DNA of 64,000 bases from Octopus sinensis (taxonomy: Eukaryota), in the NCBI RefSeq assembly GCF_006345805.1, contig NC_043000.1, positions 1,922,001 through 1,986,000 of the forward strand, read 5' to 3'. Below are positions 1-11,315 of the stretch, one piece after another; the stretch's first letter is position 1; the number at the start of each line of letters is the position of its first letter. A program made the translations under genes and the position numbers. The notes under the pieces were generated by a model. That model saw only the letters and a list, made by a program, of their open reading frames with translations, did no database searches and was not told where the DNA came from.

Positions 1-269
1 TTAACATAGTTCTCGGGGATATTCAGCGTGACACAGAGAGTGACAAGGCCGGCCCCTTGAAATACAAGTACAACAGAAACAGGAAGTAAGAGTGAGAGAA
101 AGTTGTGGTGAAAGAGTACAGCAGGGATCACCACCATCCCCTGCCGGAGCCTCGTGGAGCTTTTAGGTGTTTTCGCTCAATAAACACTCACAACGCCTGG
201 TCTGGGAATCGAAACCGCGATCCTATGACTGCGAGCCCGCTGCCCTAACCACTGGGCCATTGCGCCTCC
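1..269 (-). mobile_element. tRNA-derived SINE family A (5' part; runs off the window edge)
   Basis: Reverse complement of the head GGAGGCGCAATGGCCCAGTGGTTAGGGCAG...GGTTTCGATTCCC (A/B boxes), shared with five other copies in the window. Confidence 0.85.
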
Positions 270-271
270 AC

Positions 272-1745
272 TAGTACGGTTAGTAACAAAGACTGAACTC
301 AACGCTGCAAACAAAATAGAAGCCATTAACACTCTTGCAGTACCAATCATAACTTACAGTTTCAACATATTCTGTTGTGTCTGGGGAGAGTCATTTTCTT
401 TTTGTGCCTTATAATGTAACACACTCACCGGTAAAATTTCCGCTTTTTTCTTATTTTTATTTTCCTAAAATTTTCGTTGCATCTTGCAACCTTTTCAATA
501 GGAAAATAAAAGTAAGAAAAAAGTGGAAATTTTACCGGTGAGTGTGTTACATTGTAAGGCACAAAAAGAAAATGACTCTCCCCAGACAAAACAGAATATG
601 CTTCAACACACTAATTCATATAAAGAATCTTGCAAACCAAATCCAAAAATGAAATAGTTTCAACATAATCAACTGGCAAATGAGTGAAATAAAGAAGCTA
701 GACTCCAAGACAGAAAACTACTAACCATGGTTCGAATGAACCACCCAAAAGAAGCATGAGAGGAAGAGGACTAACTCAATTAGAATTATCTTACAAAACC
801 ACCACTGTAGGATTAAATACATATCTTGAGCTGTCAAAAGAGTCTCTAATGAAGCTTGTGCACCAGCATGATAAAGTAAAAAAGCTATACTTGGTATACA
901 AAGAATCTGTACAGTTTAAGAAACAACTGATGACAGAGGAACCTAGGATGAAGGTGAGTGAGAAAGTAACCCAGTTTGCTAAAAGAGTTAAGGAAGAGAT
1001 GAAAAAAAAAGTCCAGAAGAAGAGCAAAGAAGAATAGCTAGAAAAACCGATGCATGGCCAATACCCATGTAGAGTGAATGCAGAATGTGTCATGAGCAGG
1101 ATGAAACAGTGAACCACATCTTAACTGGATGCACAGCACTTGCAAAAACCGAATATATTCATAGACATGATAGAGTTGTGCAATATATCCATTGGAAGAT
1201 ATGTAAATACTACCAGCTTCCAACTTCAGAAAGATGGCACCAGCATAATCCTGAAACTGTGACCGGAAAATATTATGTAACAGTACTCTGGGACATGCCA
1301 ATCAACACAGATAAAGAAATCAAGGCAAACAGGCCAGACATAATCATCAAAGATGGGAAGAATAAGAAATGCTTAATGATAGATGTGACAGTACCATCAG
1401 AGAGAAATGTGTCCTTTAAAGAAGTTGAGAAGTTATTTAAGTACAAAGACCTAGAAATAGAAGCGACCAAGATGTGAGGAATGAAAAGCTGCACAGTACC
1501 AGTGGTGATTGGAGCATTAGGGCTAATTAAAAAGGGCCTTGATAAGCAGCTCAACAAATTCTCTTGCAGTGTTAACGTGTGAGAACTTCAGAAAATAGTG
1601 TTGCTAGGTTCCGCACACATTTTACGCCATGTACTCTCCATGAGATGAGGATCTGCTGTGACCCTAGAGTCAAGGGATGACCCTGGTTCAGCAGAAGACA
1701 ACGGACCATATTTTATTTTAAAAATAATAATGATAATAATAATAA
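272..1745 (+). mobile_element. R4/Dong-like non-LTR retrotransposon, 3' part, disrupted
   Basis: Late-RT peptide (AINTLAVPIITYSF), CCHC knuckle (MC..ETVNHILTGC) and restriction-like endonuclease (NRPDIII..LMIDVTVP..EK..KY); ends in a (TAA)n tail; frameshifts and an insertion at 370-655. Confidence 0.85.
370..655. mobile_element. Hairpin-forming insertion flanked by a 12-bp duplication
   Basis: AGTTTCAACATA at 358-369 and 656-667; about 85-bp inverted arms; the sequence also occurs at about 38250-38365. Confidence 0.75.
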
Positions 1746-1764
1746 TATCAAAAAATACCTTAGG

Positions 1765-1925
1765 AATGAGAACCCAAGTTCAAAATTTCCCCAAGACACT
1801 TGAAGAAGGCTGGAAGGTATATCAGCCAAAACATTGTGTTAACAAACAAGATGAGGACAAATATCCATCAAATGTAAATAATGTACATAATTCCTCATCT
1901 CTTAAATATAGAACTGTACATGTAA
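1765..1925 (+). mobile_element. Penelope-like terminal repeat fragment with a mutated hammerhead core
   Basis: GACAC-TTGAAGA-AGGCTG..CAGCC-AAAAC-ATT-GTGTT; matches the reverse complement of 21050-21176. Confidence 0.55.
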
Positions 1926-1992
1926 ATATATCAATAAATCTTTCATAAGCATTCTACACTATTGTGTCTCTCTCTTTTACAACTGGCACGTT

Positions 1993-2380
1993 ATGGAAGC
2001 ACTCCGTCGGTTACGATGATGAGGGTTCCAGTTGATCCGAATCAACGGAACAACCTGCTCATGAAATTAACGTGTAAGTGGCTGAGCACTCCACAGACAC
2101 GTGCACCCTTAACGTAGTTCTCGGGGATATTCAGCGTGACACAGAGAGTGACAAGGCCGACCCCTTGAAATACAGGTACAACAGAAACAGGAAGTAAGAG
2201 TGAGAGAAAGTTGTGGTGAAAGAGTACAGCAGGGATCACCACCATCCCCTGCCGGAGCCTCGTGGTGCTTTAGGTGTTTTCGCTCAATAAACACTCACAA
2301 CGCCCGGTCGGTCTGGGAATCGAAACCGCGATCCTATGGCCGCGAGTCCGCTGCCCTAACCACTGGGCCATTGCGACTCC
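1993..2380 (-). mobile_element. SINE family A, near full length
   Basis: Matches the full-length copy at 55160-55544. Confidence 0.85.
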
Positions 2381-2484
2381 ACAACAACTGGCACATTATA
2401 TGTATTATTTCAGCCTTCTGATATGAGTCATTATTAGATGGTCACACTACACATCACCTTGACCATCTATAACCCTAATGCTTC

Positions 2485-2902
2485 TGTAACAGGATCTGGA
2501 ATCGGTATCACTGGAGGGGTGTCCGATCCGATCCCGTCACATTCAATTCAGTTAAATATAACAGACGAAATCAGGTTATCTGGGAAAGACAGCAAATGTT
2601 GTTTTATTACTTGTGATGGTGTTGATCTGGTGTGCCTATATCTGAGGGGGACCGACAGTGCCGTGTCTGTTGTACTGCTTCTTGTAGGCTGGTCGAAGTG
2701 GTTCGATGTGGTCCGCTGCTAAGTCGATGCATAGTTCTCAGAGACTTCTAATGCACGTCTGTTCACGAGTGCTGTTGGGGCCAGAGAGAGTGAGTGAGTG
2801 GACTGTGCCTTAGGGGTCAGTTTCCCGCACATGCGCATGGGGAAGACTTCCGGTGGCCACCTGGAAGTAGTCCCATTCTGTGCATGCACGCTGAACCTTA
2901 CA
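2485..2902 (-). mobile_element. Probable solo LTR
   Basis: TGTAA...TTACA termini; on the minus strand ETS-like (CCGGAAGT) and NRF1-like (TGCGCATGTGC) motifs followed by AATAAA; no target-site duplication found. Confidence 0.4.
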
Positions 2903-3269
2903 CAGTAGCATCACTACACTTACCAATGTAATTTTATCCTCATGCAGCAGTTCATTCAGCACAATGCTAGTCACTTTCGTCTTTAATTAAAGCAAAGTGG
3001 GAGAGAGAGAGGGGAGAGAACAGAGAGAGAGAGAAAGAAACATAGAGAGAGAGAGAGAAAGAATGAAAGAGAGAGAGAAAGAATGAAAGAGAGAGAGAAA
3101 GAGAATGAGAATTAATGGTGGATAAGATGTGTCTATTTGCAGAGCTGCCACTCATGCCTACCAACTCAGAAAGTGAAACAAACAAAACTAGTAAGCATTT
3201 TGCCTGACACACTAATTACTTTTTAGCTAAATCCAATGTAAGCTTGTATTATTATTATTATTTTAATTC

Positions 3270-3635
3270 TCTCGAAATCGAAATCGAATTGAACCAGCCA
3301 GGACCCCTGGTCTGTTGGTACGTAAAAAGCACTATCCGACTCGTGGCCGATGCCAGCGCCGCCTCGACTGGCTTCCGTGCCGGTGGCATGTAAAATACAC
3401 CAATCCGACCGTGGCCGTTGCCAGCCTCGCCTGGCACCTGTGCAGGTGGCACGTAAAAAGCACCCACTACACTCACAGAGTGGTTGGCGTTAGGAAGGGC
3501 ATCCAGCTGTAGAAACATTGCCAGATAAGACTGGAGCCTGGTGCAGCCTTCTGGCTTCCCAGATCCCCAGTTGAACCGTCCAACCCATGCTAGCATGGAA
3601 AGCGGACGTTAAATGATGATGATGATGATGATGAT
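3270..3635 (+). mobile_element. RTE 3' UTR-derived short repeat
   Basis: Ends TGGCGTTAGGAAGGGCATCCAG...GGACGTTAAA(TGA)n, as does the RTE LINE at 50256-52180. Confidence 0.8.
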
Positions 3636-3821
3636 CTGATGAATTACTCATATGAGATTTCTTACATGTTGTTCTACATGTATACCTCTGCAACTCCTAT
3701 TGGTAAATAACCACATGTTATATTGAATAAATAATACCAAATACTCTACAATAATTATTTTCCATTATTAAACAGTATTATCCAGTATTTTTTTTTTGTT
3801 GTTGAATTACTCCTTCTCTCT

Positions 3822-4219
3822 TTTACTTGTTTCAGTCATTTGACTGCGGCCATGCTGGAGCACCGCCTTTAATCGAGTAACTCGACCCCGGGACTTATTC
3901 TTTTGTAAGCCCAGTACTTATTCTATCGGTCTCCTTTTGCCGAACCGCTAAGTAACGGGGACGTAAACACACCAGCATCGGTTGTCAAGCGATGTTGGGG
4001 GGACAAACACAGACACACAAACATATACACACACATACATATATATACATATATACGACAGGCTTCTTTCAGTTTCCGTCTACCAAATCCACTCACAAGG
4101 CATTGGTCGGCCCGGGGCTATAGCAGAAGACACTTGCCCAAGATGCCACGCAGTGGGACTGAACCCGGAACCATGTGGCTGGTTAGCAAGCTACTTACCA
4201 CACAGCCACTCCTGCGCCT
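3822..4219 (-). mobile_element. SINE family B (tRNA head, CORE-like segment, internal TA/TG microsatellite)
   Basis: Head GGCGCAGGAGTGGCTGTGTGG..GGTTCAGTCCC, then CTTGGGCAAGTG; tail GACTGAAACAAGTAAAAGAG. Confidence 0.85.
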
Positions 4220-4394
4220 ATTGATGTGTTTTTTTTTTCTTTTTTCTTTCCTCTTTTTCCATTTTTTCTCCCAGTTTGGTCTTGGTATTTTCAATGTGGT
4301 TTTGTATCCTATACAACTGTGTTATATTCCAATAAAAGCTACAACTACAAAAAAACTCTGTTCACCTGCTTTTCAATAATAATTATAATAATAA

Positions 4395-4730
4395 TAATAA
4401 TAATTGTGTACAGTGCTCAGGTGCACTACAACTCATCTAAAGTGTATATATAATCAGGTGTAGTTTCGGTGGATTTCGGAAAGCATGAGAGCCTTAAAGG
4501 ATGCAGTGTCATGGCAGTCAACAACTGACGCAGGCAGTTTATTCCATGCTTCAGCAACTCTGAGCGTGAAAAAATGTTTCCGAAAGTCATGGGAGCTGTG
4601 TTGTTTTCTGACTTTGTAGGCATGTCCATGTGTGTTAGACACATGGAGATCAAAAAGGTGTTCAGTGTTGTTGTTGGTGAGGTGGTTGATGCTCACAATA
4701 ACCTTGTCACTATGAGAATATTACTCTCTC
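4395..4730 (-). mobile_element. CR1-clade LINE 3' fragment
   Basis: Peptide RKHFFTLRVAEAWNKLPASVV; (ATT)n tail. Confidence 0.8.
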
Positions 4731-6229
4731 TCGCTCTCTCGCTCTCTCTCACACACACACACACACACATACACACACATATATACACACAAAGTACTAA
4801 ACAATAATATAACTCAAAATTATATGAGGTCTAGGTCAAAGGCATATGTGAACATTATCTGAGAAGCAAAGGCAATAGCTGATAGACTTAAAAACCACAA
4901 TAGTCTACAAGAATTAGCTATAAATGTCATAATATAAGGATGGCTTTGAATCCAACATAAAGAGCAGGTTTAGGAATCATCCCAGCTAAATCTGAATTAG
5001 GGTTAACCCCTTACCCAACAATTATTTTGAAAATAAATGTATTTTTTCAGACATATTTTTTAATTGTTTTATTTTACTATGTTTTGAATGGTGATTTCGA
5101 GGTATATTTCAAACCTTATTTATTATGAATTTTAATTCAATAATATTGATTTTAAATTACCGATTTGGGCAGAAACGAGTTAACCCATTTTTAGACGAAG
5201 GAACTCGTTTGCTGTCGATTTTGGCGAGTCTATCTTTTGATGAGTTAACTCGCCAGAGATAGAAAAAAACGATTTCAGTCAAAACGCATATATTCGTTTC
5301 CTGCCGGGTAAGGGGATAATCAGTAAAAAACTACTCAGTAAATTCAGCCATAATGTTAAGACAGATATGAATTTCCAGCTGTGAGGCCTGGTGAGAGACA
5401 GTATAGATGATGAGAAAATGAGGGCTGGGAGAGTTGTGAATGCTTCAGTGGAAATGAACTGAGACCAGCCATCTGCAAGGAACTGAAACTGGTAGAAGAA
5501 AAGGCAGAGAGAAGATGTAATATACCTTTGGGTCAGAGGTTGGAATGTGATTGTAATGGTTGGTTCTGGGGAAGGCCGCAATGCTATTGTTCGGGGGTCA
5601 CCACTTGTAGCAGGAGAAATTTATTTGTAAACAATATTATGAAATGTTGGAGTCAGCAGTTGTAATGATAAAAATTTGTTGTTATAATTGCATAGTATAG
5701 GGTGTGAAAGATGAACAATGCATGAAGTTTTAAGAAAGTATTTATTTACCATTATGTTACAATAACTTGCCTCGACGGGCAGGTTATAACATCCAAGAGC
5801 ATGCGAAAGAAAGTTAGATGTGATAGAATTTTTTTTTTTTGCATAGTTTGGCGTACACAAATTGTTAGTAGTAATCCACAAATAGGGATAGCTGATGTTG
5901 TAAGAGAACAGAAATAGAGCTAGTAAAAGTTGTAAGGTTGTGGGACATTGTCTCACAGTTGCTGACAGTAAACTTCATTTCTCCCTCTCACCAAGGTTCT
6001 AGCTGGTCAGCCAGACTTTGTTCTCACTGAGTTGTCATCGTAGTGGCCAACTCGTTGAGTCGTCACTGACTGATTTTTGCTTGGGGTGTTCTTGCTTTTA
6101 TAACTATCCAGAAGGATAGATATATCATTGAGAACAATAGATTTAGTTGGTGGTCTTGTTATCTCTATTCTAGCTTTTGGTGAAGTAGAAGAGGTTAGAA
6201 AGTGTCAAATGGTGAAGACATTATTTCGG

Positions 6230-6690
6230 CCTCGCTAAAAGCAATCTGGCAAAAGTCAAACTGCTGTCACAAAAAAACCATTGTTCCACCGTGAGAAAAA
6301 TTCTGTTGCAGTATTAATTTAAATTTGGCTTTGGTGGATCGAATCCACTTCATGCTTGCAACATCCACTACATGATGATGAGTAGTATCCTGTCAATCAG
6401 TTAATTACTTTTATTTGGAAGTAGTCGAAGATGTTTGTGTTAGTAGCTACTGCACCATCCCAGATGTGGAAACAGTACTCCATACTGGATTTCACCCGAG
6501 TTTTGCATCAAATTAGTAGTTGGGGGTCCGAAATCTTTTCTAGTTCTCAAAATGAAGGTCTGTCTTCCTCTGAAGACGATGGCTTGCTTGAGATCGTGTA
6601 TATCCGCAGCACAGGCAAAACTGTATCTTAAGGATGCAATTTTGGTTATATTGAAGATATTCACTATCACAAACTCCGCCTTAAATTCCA
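6230..6690 (-). mobile_element. Degenerate Jockey/CR1-like LINE C-terminal fragment
   Basis: Minus-frame peptide KSSMEYCFHIWDGA resembles the LEYCSHIW motif; stops and frameshifts present. Confidence 0.45.
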
Positions 6691-7312
6691 TGTGACCAAT
6701 ATAAACTTATGTATTTCATTTAGTGGACAAGAGAAGTATTTTAGTCATAAACATGCAAAAGAAGTTTGTTTTTTTTTTACAGAAAAATTTTATCAAGTTC
6801 CTTCTTGCTAAGTTTTGGAATTTGTCAAAACTGGCGATCTTTCGGTATAGGTACCGTAAGTACCGTAAGTGGCTTTGTTTACATTTCTGAAGATAACAGA
6901 AACCCTTTTCTCCCACCCCTAACCCTAACCCTAACCTTTAGATAAATATAAACCTACTCGAAGCTTGGGGCAAATAATCCAGCTACGTATTGCTGTAGCT
7001 CACACAGGAAAAGAACGGAATAAAAAAAATTAAAGGAAAAAAAAAACAATAAATGCGATTACCTTTAAAAAGAGAAAAGATCGGAATATTTTTCAGCGCT
7101 ACCACTATTTCGTTTATCACCGAACGCGACCGCAACTATTTTGACCTTGAGTCCATTTGACTTTGACATTGAAAGCTATTTGCTCCACACCCAGTCTCTT
7201 GACCTTTTGATTACTTTTAGAGCAAGTTTATCATTCCGAACCAATGAATGGAAAGCAACTATCCGAAAATTCACAACATCCGAGATTTTCCCTCATAACT
7301 TTTTGGAAAATG

Positions 7313-7594
7313 GGCAATCTTTCGTCTCTAGTAGACCTTTCCGTCGATTTCCGTAAAAAAACTTTTTTTTTTTACATATGGGCTTGCGGTCTCCCACACC
7401 CCATCAAACACACACACATGTACATCAATGCTCCCATGCACGGTAACTTCAAAAGAACTTCCCTCGTCATACAATCGCTTTCTCTTAGTCTCTTTCGCTC
7501 TCATTACTTCAAAAGTTCCCGCAAGCCCATATGTAAAAAAAAAAATTTTTTTACGGAAATCGACGGAAAGGTCTACTAGAGACGAAAGGTTGCC
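7313..7594. mobile_element. MITE with about 75-bp terminal inverted repeats (GGCAATCTTTCG...)
   Basis: Inverted termini read directly; shorter relative of 41538-41953. Confidence 0.75.
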
Positions 7595-7599
7595 ATGAA

Positions 7600-8900
7600 T
7601 ACCTTTCAAAAGTCACACATTACGATTATAAAGAAATTTGTGGGTAAAATCTTTTCCAAGGGGTGGGGAGAGGACTTCGGAAAATTCCCAAGATCGGAGT
7701 TTTCACCTCATAACTGGATATATATATACATAAGTATGTGTTTGTATAATGCGTAATAATGAAATTATTGTATACAGTGCTCAGGTGCACCACAACTTAT
7801 CAAAAGTGCATATAAAGTATATATATATATATATATAGGAAAATGGGTTTTTTTTTTCAAGGAAATTTTATATAAATGCCTTTCAAAAGTTGAGGGAAAA
7901 ACTCGGATCTTGTGAATTTTCCCCACCCTCCCGTTGATTTGCGCGCATTTTTTTTTCTTATTCTTTTCCTATACATTTTTTTTACACCTGTTGCCCTGTT
8001 TTTTTTTTCTGATTTTCGTTTCCGGGTCGGTAGGGGAAAGGACTTTCGTAGAGAAAGAAATTCATTAATTATTTTGCTTGAGTGTAATGGAAATAAGTTT
8101 GAAAAAAAAAAAAAAAAAACAACAACTTGGCACTACTTTAAATACAGAGATCCCTTACAGAGGTACCTACTTATATTAAGAGGTACCTCTTAAACACAGG
8201 TGTTAGTACAAAACATTTTAAATGTACACTGTGTGGACGTATAATGATACCCTAGAAACTAACCCTCCCCTTCATATCGTTACGTAGATGCATCGGGACC
8301 TCTGTAATTAAGTAGTGTCAAAAATTTTTAGATTCATTTATCTTTTCGTTTGAGTAATAGGAAAAGGTGGCGTAACAAAAAACCCCAGATCCTAACTGTA
8401 AACTCTAACCCTAAACACCGGGTGTATGTATTCTTCACTTTCGCCAAAAAGGTTTTTAAAATGATCCCATATATCATGGTGAGAAAAACAAATTCATTAA
8501 TACGGTGTTTAATAGGTTTCACTATGGAAAAAAAGAAAAAGTTAAGGGTGATTTAGCTGTTGTTTTTAGCACATCTCCACCGTTGGTGATCGTTTTTAAA
8601 ACCTTTTTCTATTACTCAAACGAAAGATAAATTAATGTAAAAATTTTTTTAAAAACTTATTTCCATTACACTCAAGCAAAAAAAAAAAAAAATTATGAAT
8701 TTATTTCTCTTCGAATGTCCTCTCCTCACCCCCTCTCAAAAACATTTCCCCACAAATTTCTTTATAATCGTAATCTATGTCGTTTGAAAGCTATTTATAA
8801 AAAATTTCATTAAAAGATATCCATTTTCCTAAAAGTTTTGAGGGAAAAAAACGGATCTTGTGAATTTTCCGAAAGTCCTTTCCCTACCCCCCCCCCGGTT
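7600..8900. repeat. Foldback-like cluster of inverted and direct modules
   Basis: About 7603-7675 is inverted to 8725-8795; about 8035-8110 is inverted to 8645-8725. Confidence 0.55.
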
Positions 8901-10201
8901 CGTTGGCGCAAATTTTTGTTTCCATATTCGTTTAATACACAATTTTGGCAAGTCTTCTGCCCCTCCCACAAACCACCCTTTAAAAAAAAATTATTTTGTT
9001 TCAACACAAACCCCTCTTTTCGGCCACGGGGAATACGAATCTGCGAAAAAATTGGGAAAAATCAACATTTCAAAATTACCACCGCACCCCTATTTCCATC
9101 ATTTAAAACTTTTTTCAGAGTTTTTTTTTTCAAAATATGCATAAAGGGTTTTAGGGTTAATGTTGGTGAAAAAATCAAAATTGAAGAAGTTGTGGGGAAA
9201 GGGGTGTGTGGAAATTTCACAATGCCGATTTTTGGCAATTTTCCGGAGCCTCTGTATCCGAAAACGGGGATTTTTGGCAAAAAAATTTACAAAAATAAAC
9301 AAATTTGGGAGAAAATGGGGGTGGAGACGGGCAGAAGTCTTTTCCACATTTTTTTTACACCTATTACACTTGATTTTTCCTTTTTTGTTTTGGCAACCGG
9401 GAGTGAGAGTCAATATTAACCGAATCTTGTATGCATTTAATATTTGTAAAATAATAAAAATTCGTGTACCGTGAAGATACGCAAGTATTTAGCAGTTTGA
9501 ACAGCACCCTTAGAAGAAATGGGAAGTCTGTTAAATACAAAACTAAAGCTTATTCTATTTCACAACTTTCATTAACGCTTTTCACAGACATGAGGAAACC
9601 ATTACTAGTTACTTTGATTCTTTATTTGCAAAAAAACCCCCAGTAATTTTATTCAGCTGAATACACGTCATTGATTGGTTGAAATTACCAAAATACTACA
9701 ACTTTAACGTGAAATAGCTTCATAAATATAAGCTTTTCTCAAAAACGCTAAGAGTAAAAGATGTTTTATATGACACATTCTACCAGTGGCCGAAGTTTGA
9801 AAGTGTTTGGTTACAAAAAATTAGTCAAAAAGTAAAGATCCAATTATGCCGTTCTTTTTTTGGTTTGCTACTGTGTTTAAGGGTACTAAATAATATTCAC
9901 AAAATTTATTTACAACAAACAAAGTGTGGTGTGGTGATGAGGGAGTGTGACAGAGAGGGAGGGAGCGGAAGTGGGTCTTGCAGGTCTCGCAGGGCGCATG
10001 CGCCGGCGGAAGCGGAAGTGAGAGACAGAACGCACGTGCGGCATCGACCAGGGCAGTGAGACTCGAGAACAACGCCAAGACGACAAGACGCTAGCAAGTT
10101 GGCTCAAGGCGAATCCGGCTTCATCTCTGCAGGTAAGACCAAATTACACTTCTAATTCTTTTCCTTGTTCTGTTACGCTCCTTTTCACCACACTTATCAC
10201 A

Positions 10202-10213
10202 AGCTATTTCGGC
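10202..10213 (+). promoter_or_regulatory. Putative primer-binding site complementary to tRNA-Phe nt 1-12
   Basis: AGCTATTTCGGC abuts the 5' LTR; its reverse complement GCCGAAATAGCT is the 5' end of human and Drosophila tRNA-Phe(GAA); second copy at 10706-10717 on minus. Confidence 0.7.
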
Positions 10214-10663
10214 CATCGGCATCGAACGCACGTTCGGGAGCTTCTGTAGCTCGACCGACATGATGTCGGGAAAGCCGGTCACGAACGCTAACCTGACCGT
10301 GCGTTCTAGCGACTCTCCCTCATATCCCGCAAGTTTTGCCAACCTTCTAAGCTCGCCGGCGAACACGTCCACCTGCTGTCCTGTCCACCTCATCCTACCC
10401 AGTCGAGTGTACGCTTCGAACATTCCTTCCGCGAAGGCCTCCATAAGTCAGATCTCCACCTTGTCCGCGCTGCGTTGGTCCGTTTCCTCCATCTCCAGAT
10501 ATAACGCCAATGCTGGGCCATCCAAATACAACGGCATAAAACTAGCCAGGTCAGCTATGCCGTGTAGCTTCGCCACCAACTTCACCCTCCTCAACCAAGC
10601 GACCACGTCGGTGTCGCTGCAAAACGGTGTTATAGGGTCGCGTGAAATCATAGCAGTCTGCAT
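10214..10663 (-). pseudogene. gag: gag remnant, inverted relative to the LTRs
   Basis: DVVAWLRRVKLVAKL..ASFMPLYLDGPALALYLEM..EAFAEGMFEAY..VDVFAGELRRLA; one in-frame TGA at 10448-10450; truncated at 10214. Confidence 0.75.
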
Positions 10664-10847
10664 AATTTTTATTTTTTATTTTCACGAAACCGAGTGATTA
10701 TTTTTGCCGAAATAGCTTGTGATAAGTGTGGTGAAAAGGAGCGTAACAGAACAAGGAAAAGAATTAGAAGTGTAATTTGGTCTTACCTGCAGAGATGAAG
10801 CCGGATTCGCCTTGAGCCAACTTGCTAGCGTCTTGTCGTCTTGGCGT

Positions 10848-11315
10848 CGTTGTGTTTTGGTACAACATGTCGCCCAGATCAGGACAGGCCGAGGAGTCGG
10901 TGCCACACAGGGCAATATTCAGGTACGAGTGGAGGCATCCGTGTACTACATCAATGCGACCCGGGGCAGAGGAAGAGCACGCCTTCGTGCAGGTCGGGGA
11001 GGAAGTCTGGGTGAAACCCCCGAACGCACGGTGTACATCGCAATGGGGAAAGGGGACAATAACCTCCGTAAATTCAAAGAATACATCTCGGTAGATGGTA
11101 TGCCACGCCACGTTTTGGACATACGGAGGATTGTCCATGCCCCGGAGGATGGGACAAGCAACAGTGGGCAAGACGATAACAACAGACAGGATGACGAGGT
11201 CGGCAGCAACACGCCAGAAACAAGTCCTAGGGTCGCACTGCGACCACAGAGGGAGCGGCACCCTCCTTCCTGGTTGGCTGACTACGAAACCAGTTTCAGG
11301 TGCGGGAGCGAGTGA
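10848..11315 (+). pseudogene. Integrase C-terminal remnant
   Basis: VFWYNMSPRSGQ..FRYEWRHP..VGEEVWVKPP..WGKG, then a frameshift to ISVDGMPRHVLDIRR; lies just upstream of the PPT. Confidence 0.65.

Noticed and set aside
8838-9419. 193-aa ORF
   Set aside because: Low-complexity Phe/Lys-rich translation of AT-rich repeat sequence with overlapping ORFs in several frames and no domain.
9925-10213. Tf1-type self-priming of the LTR element
   Set aside because: No complement of AGCTATTTCGGC exists within the LTR, so the tRNA-Phe match is the better explanation.
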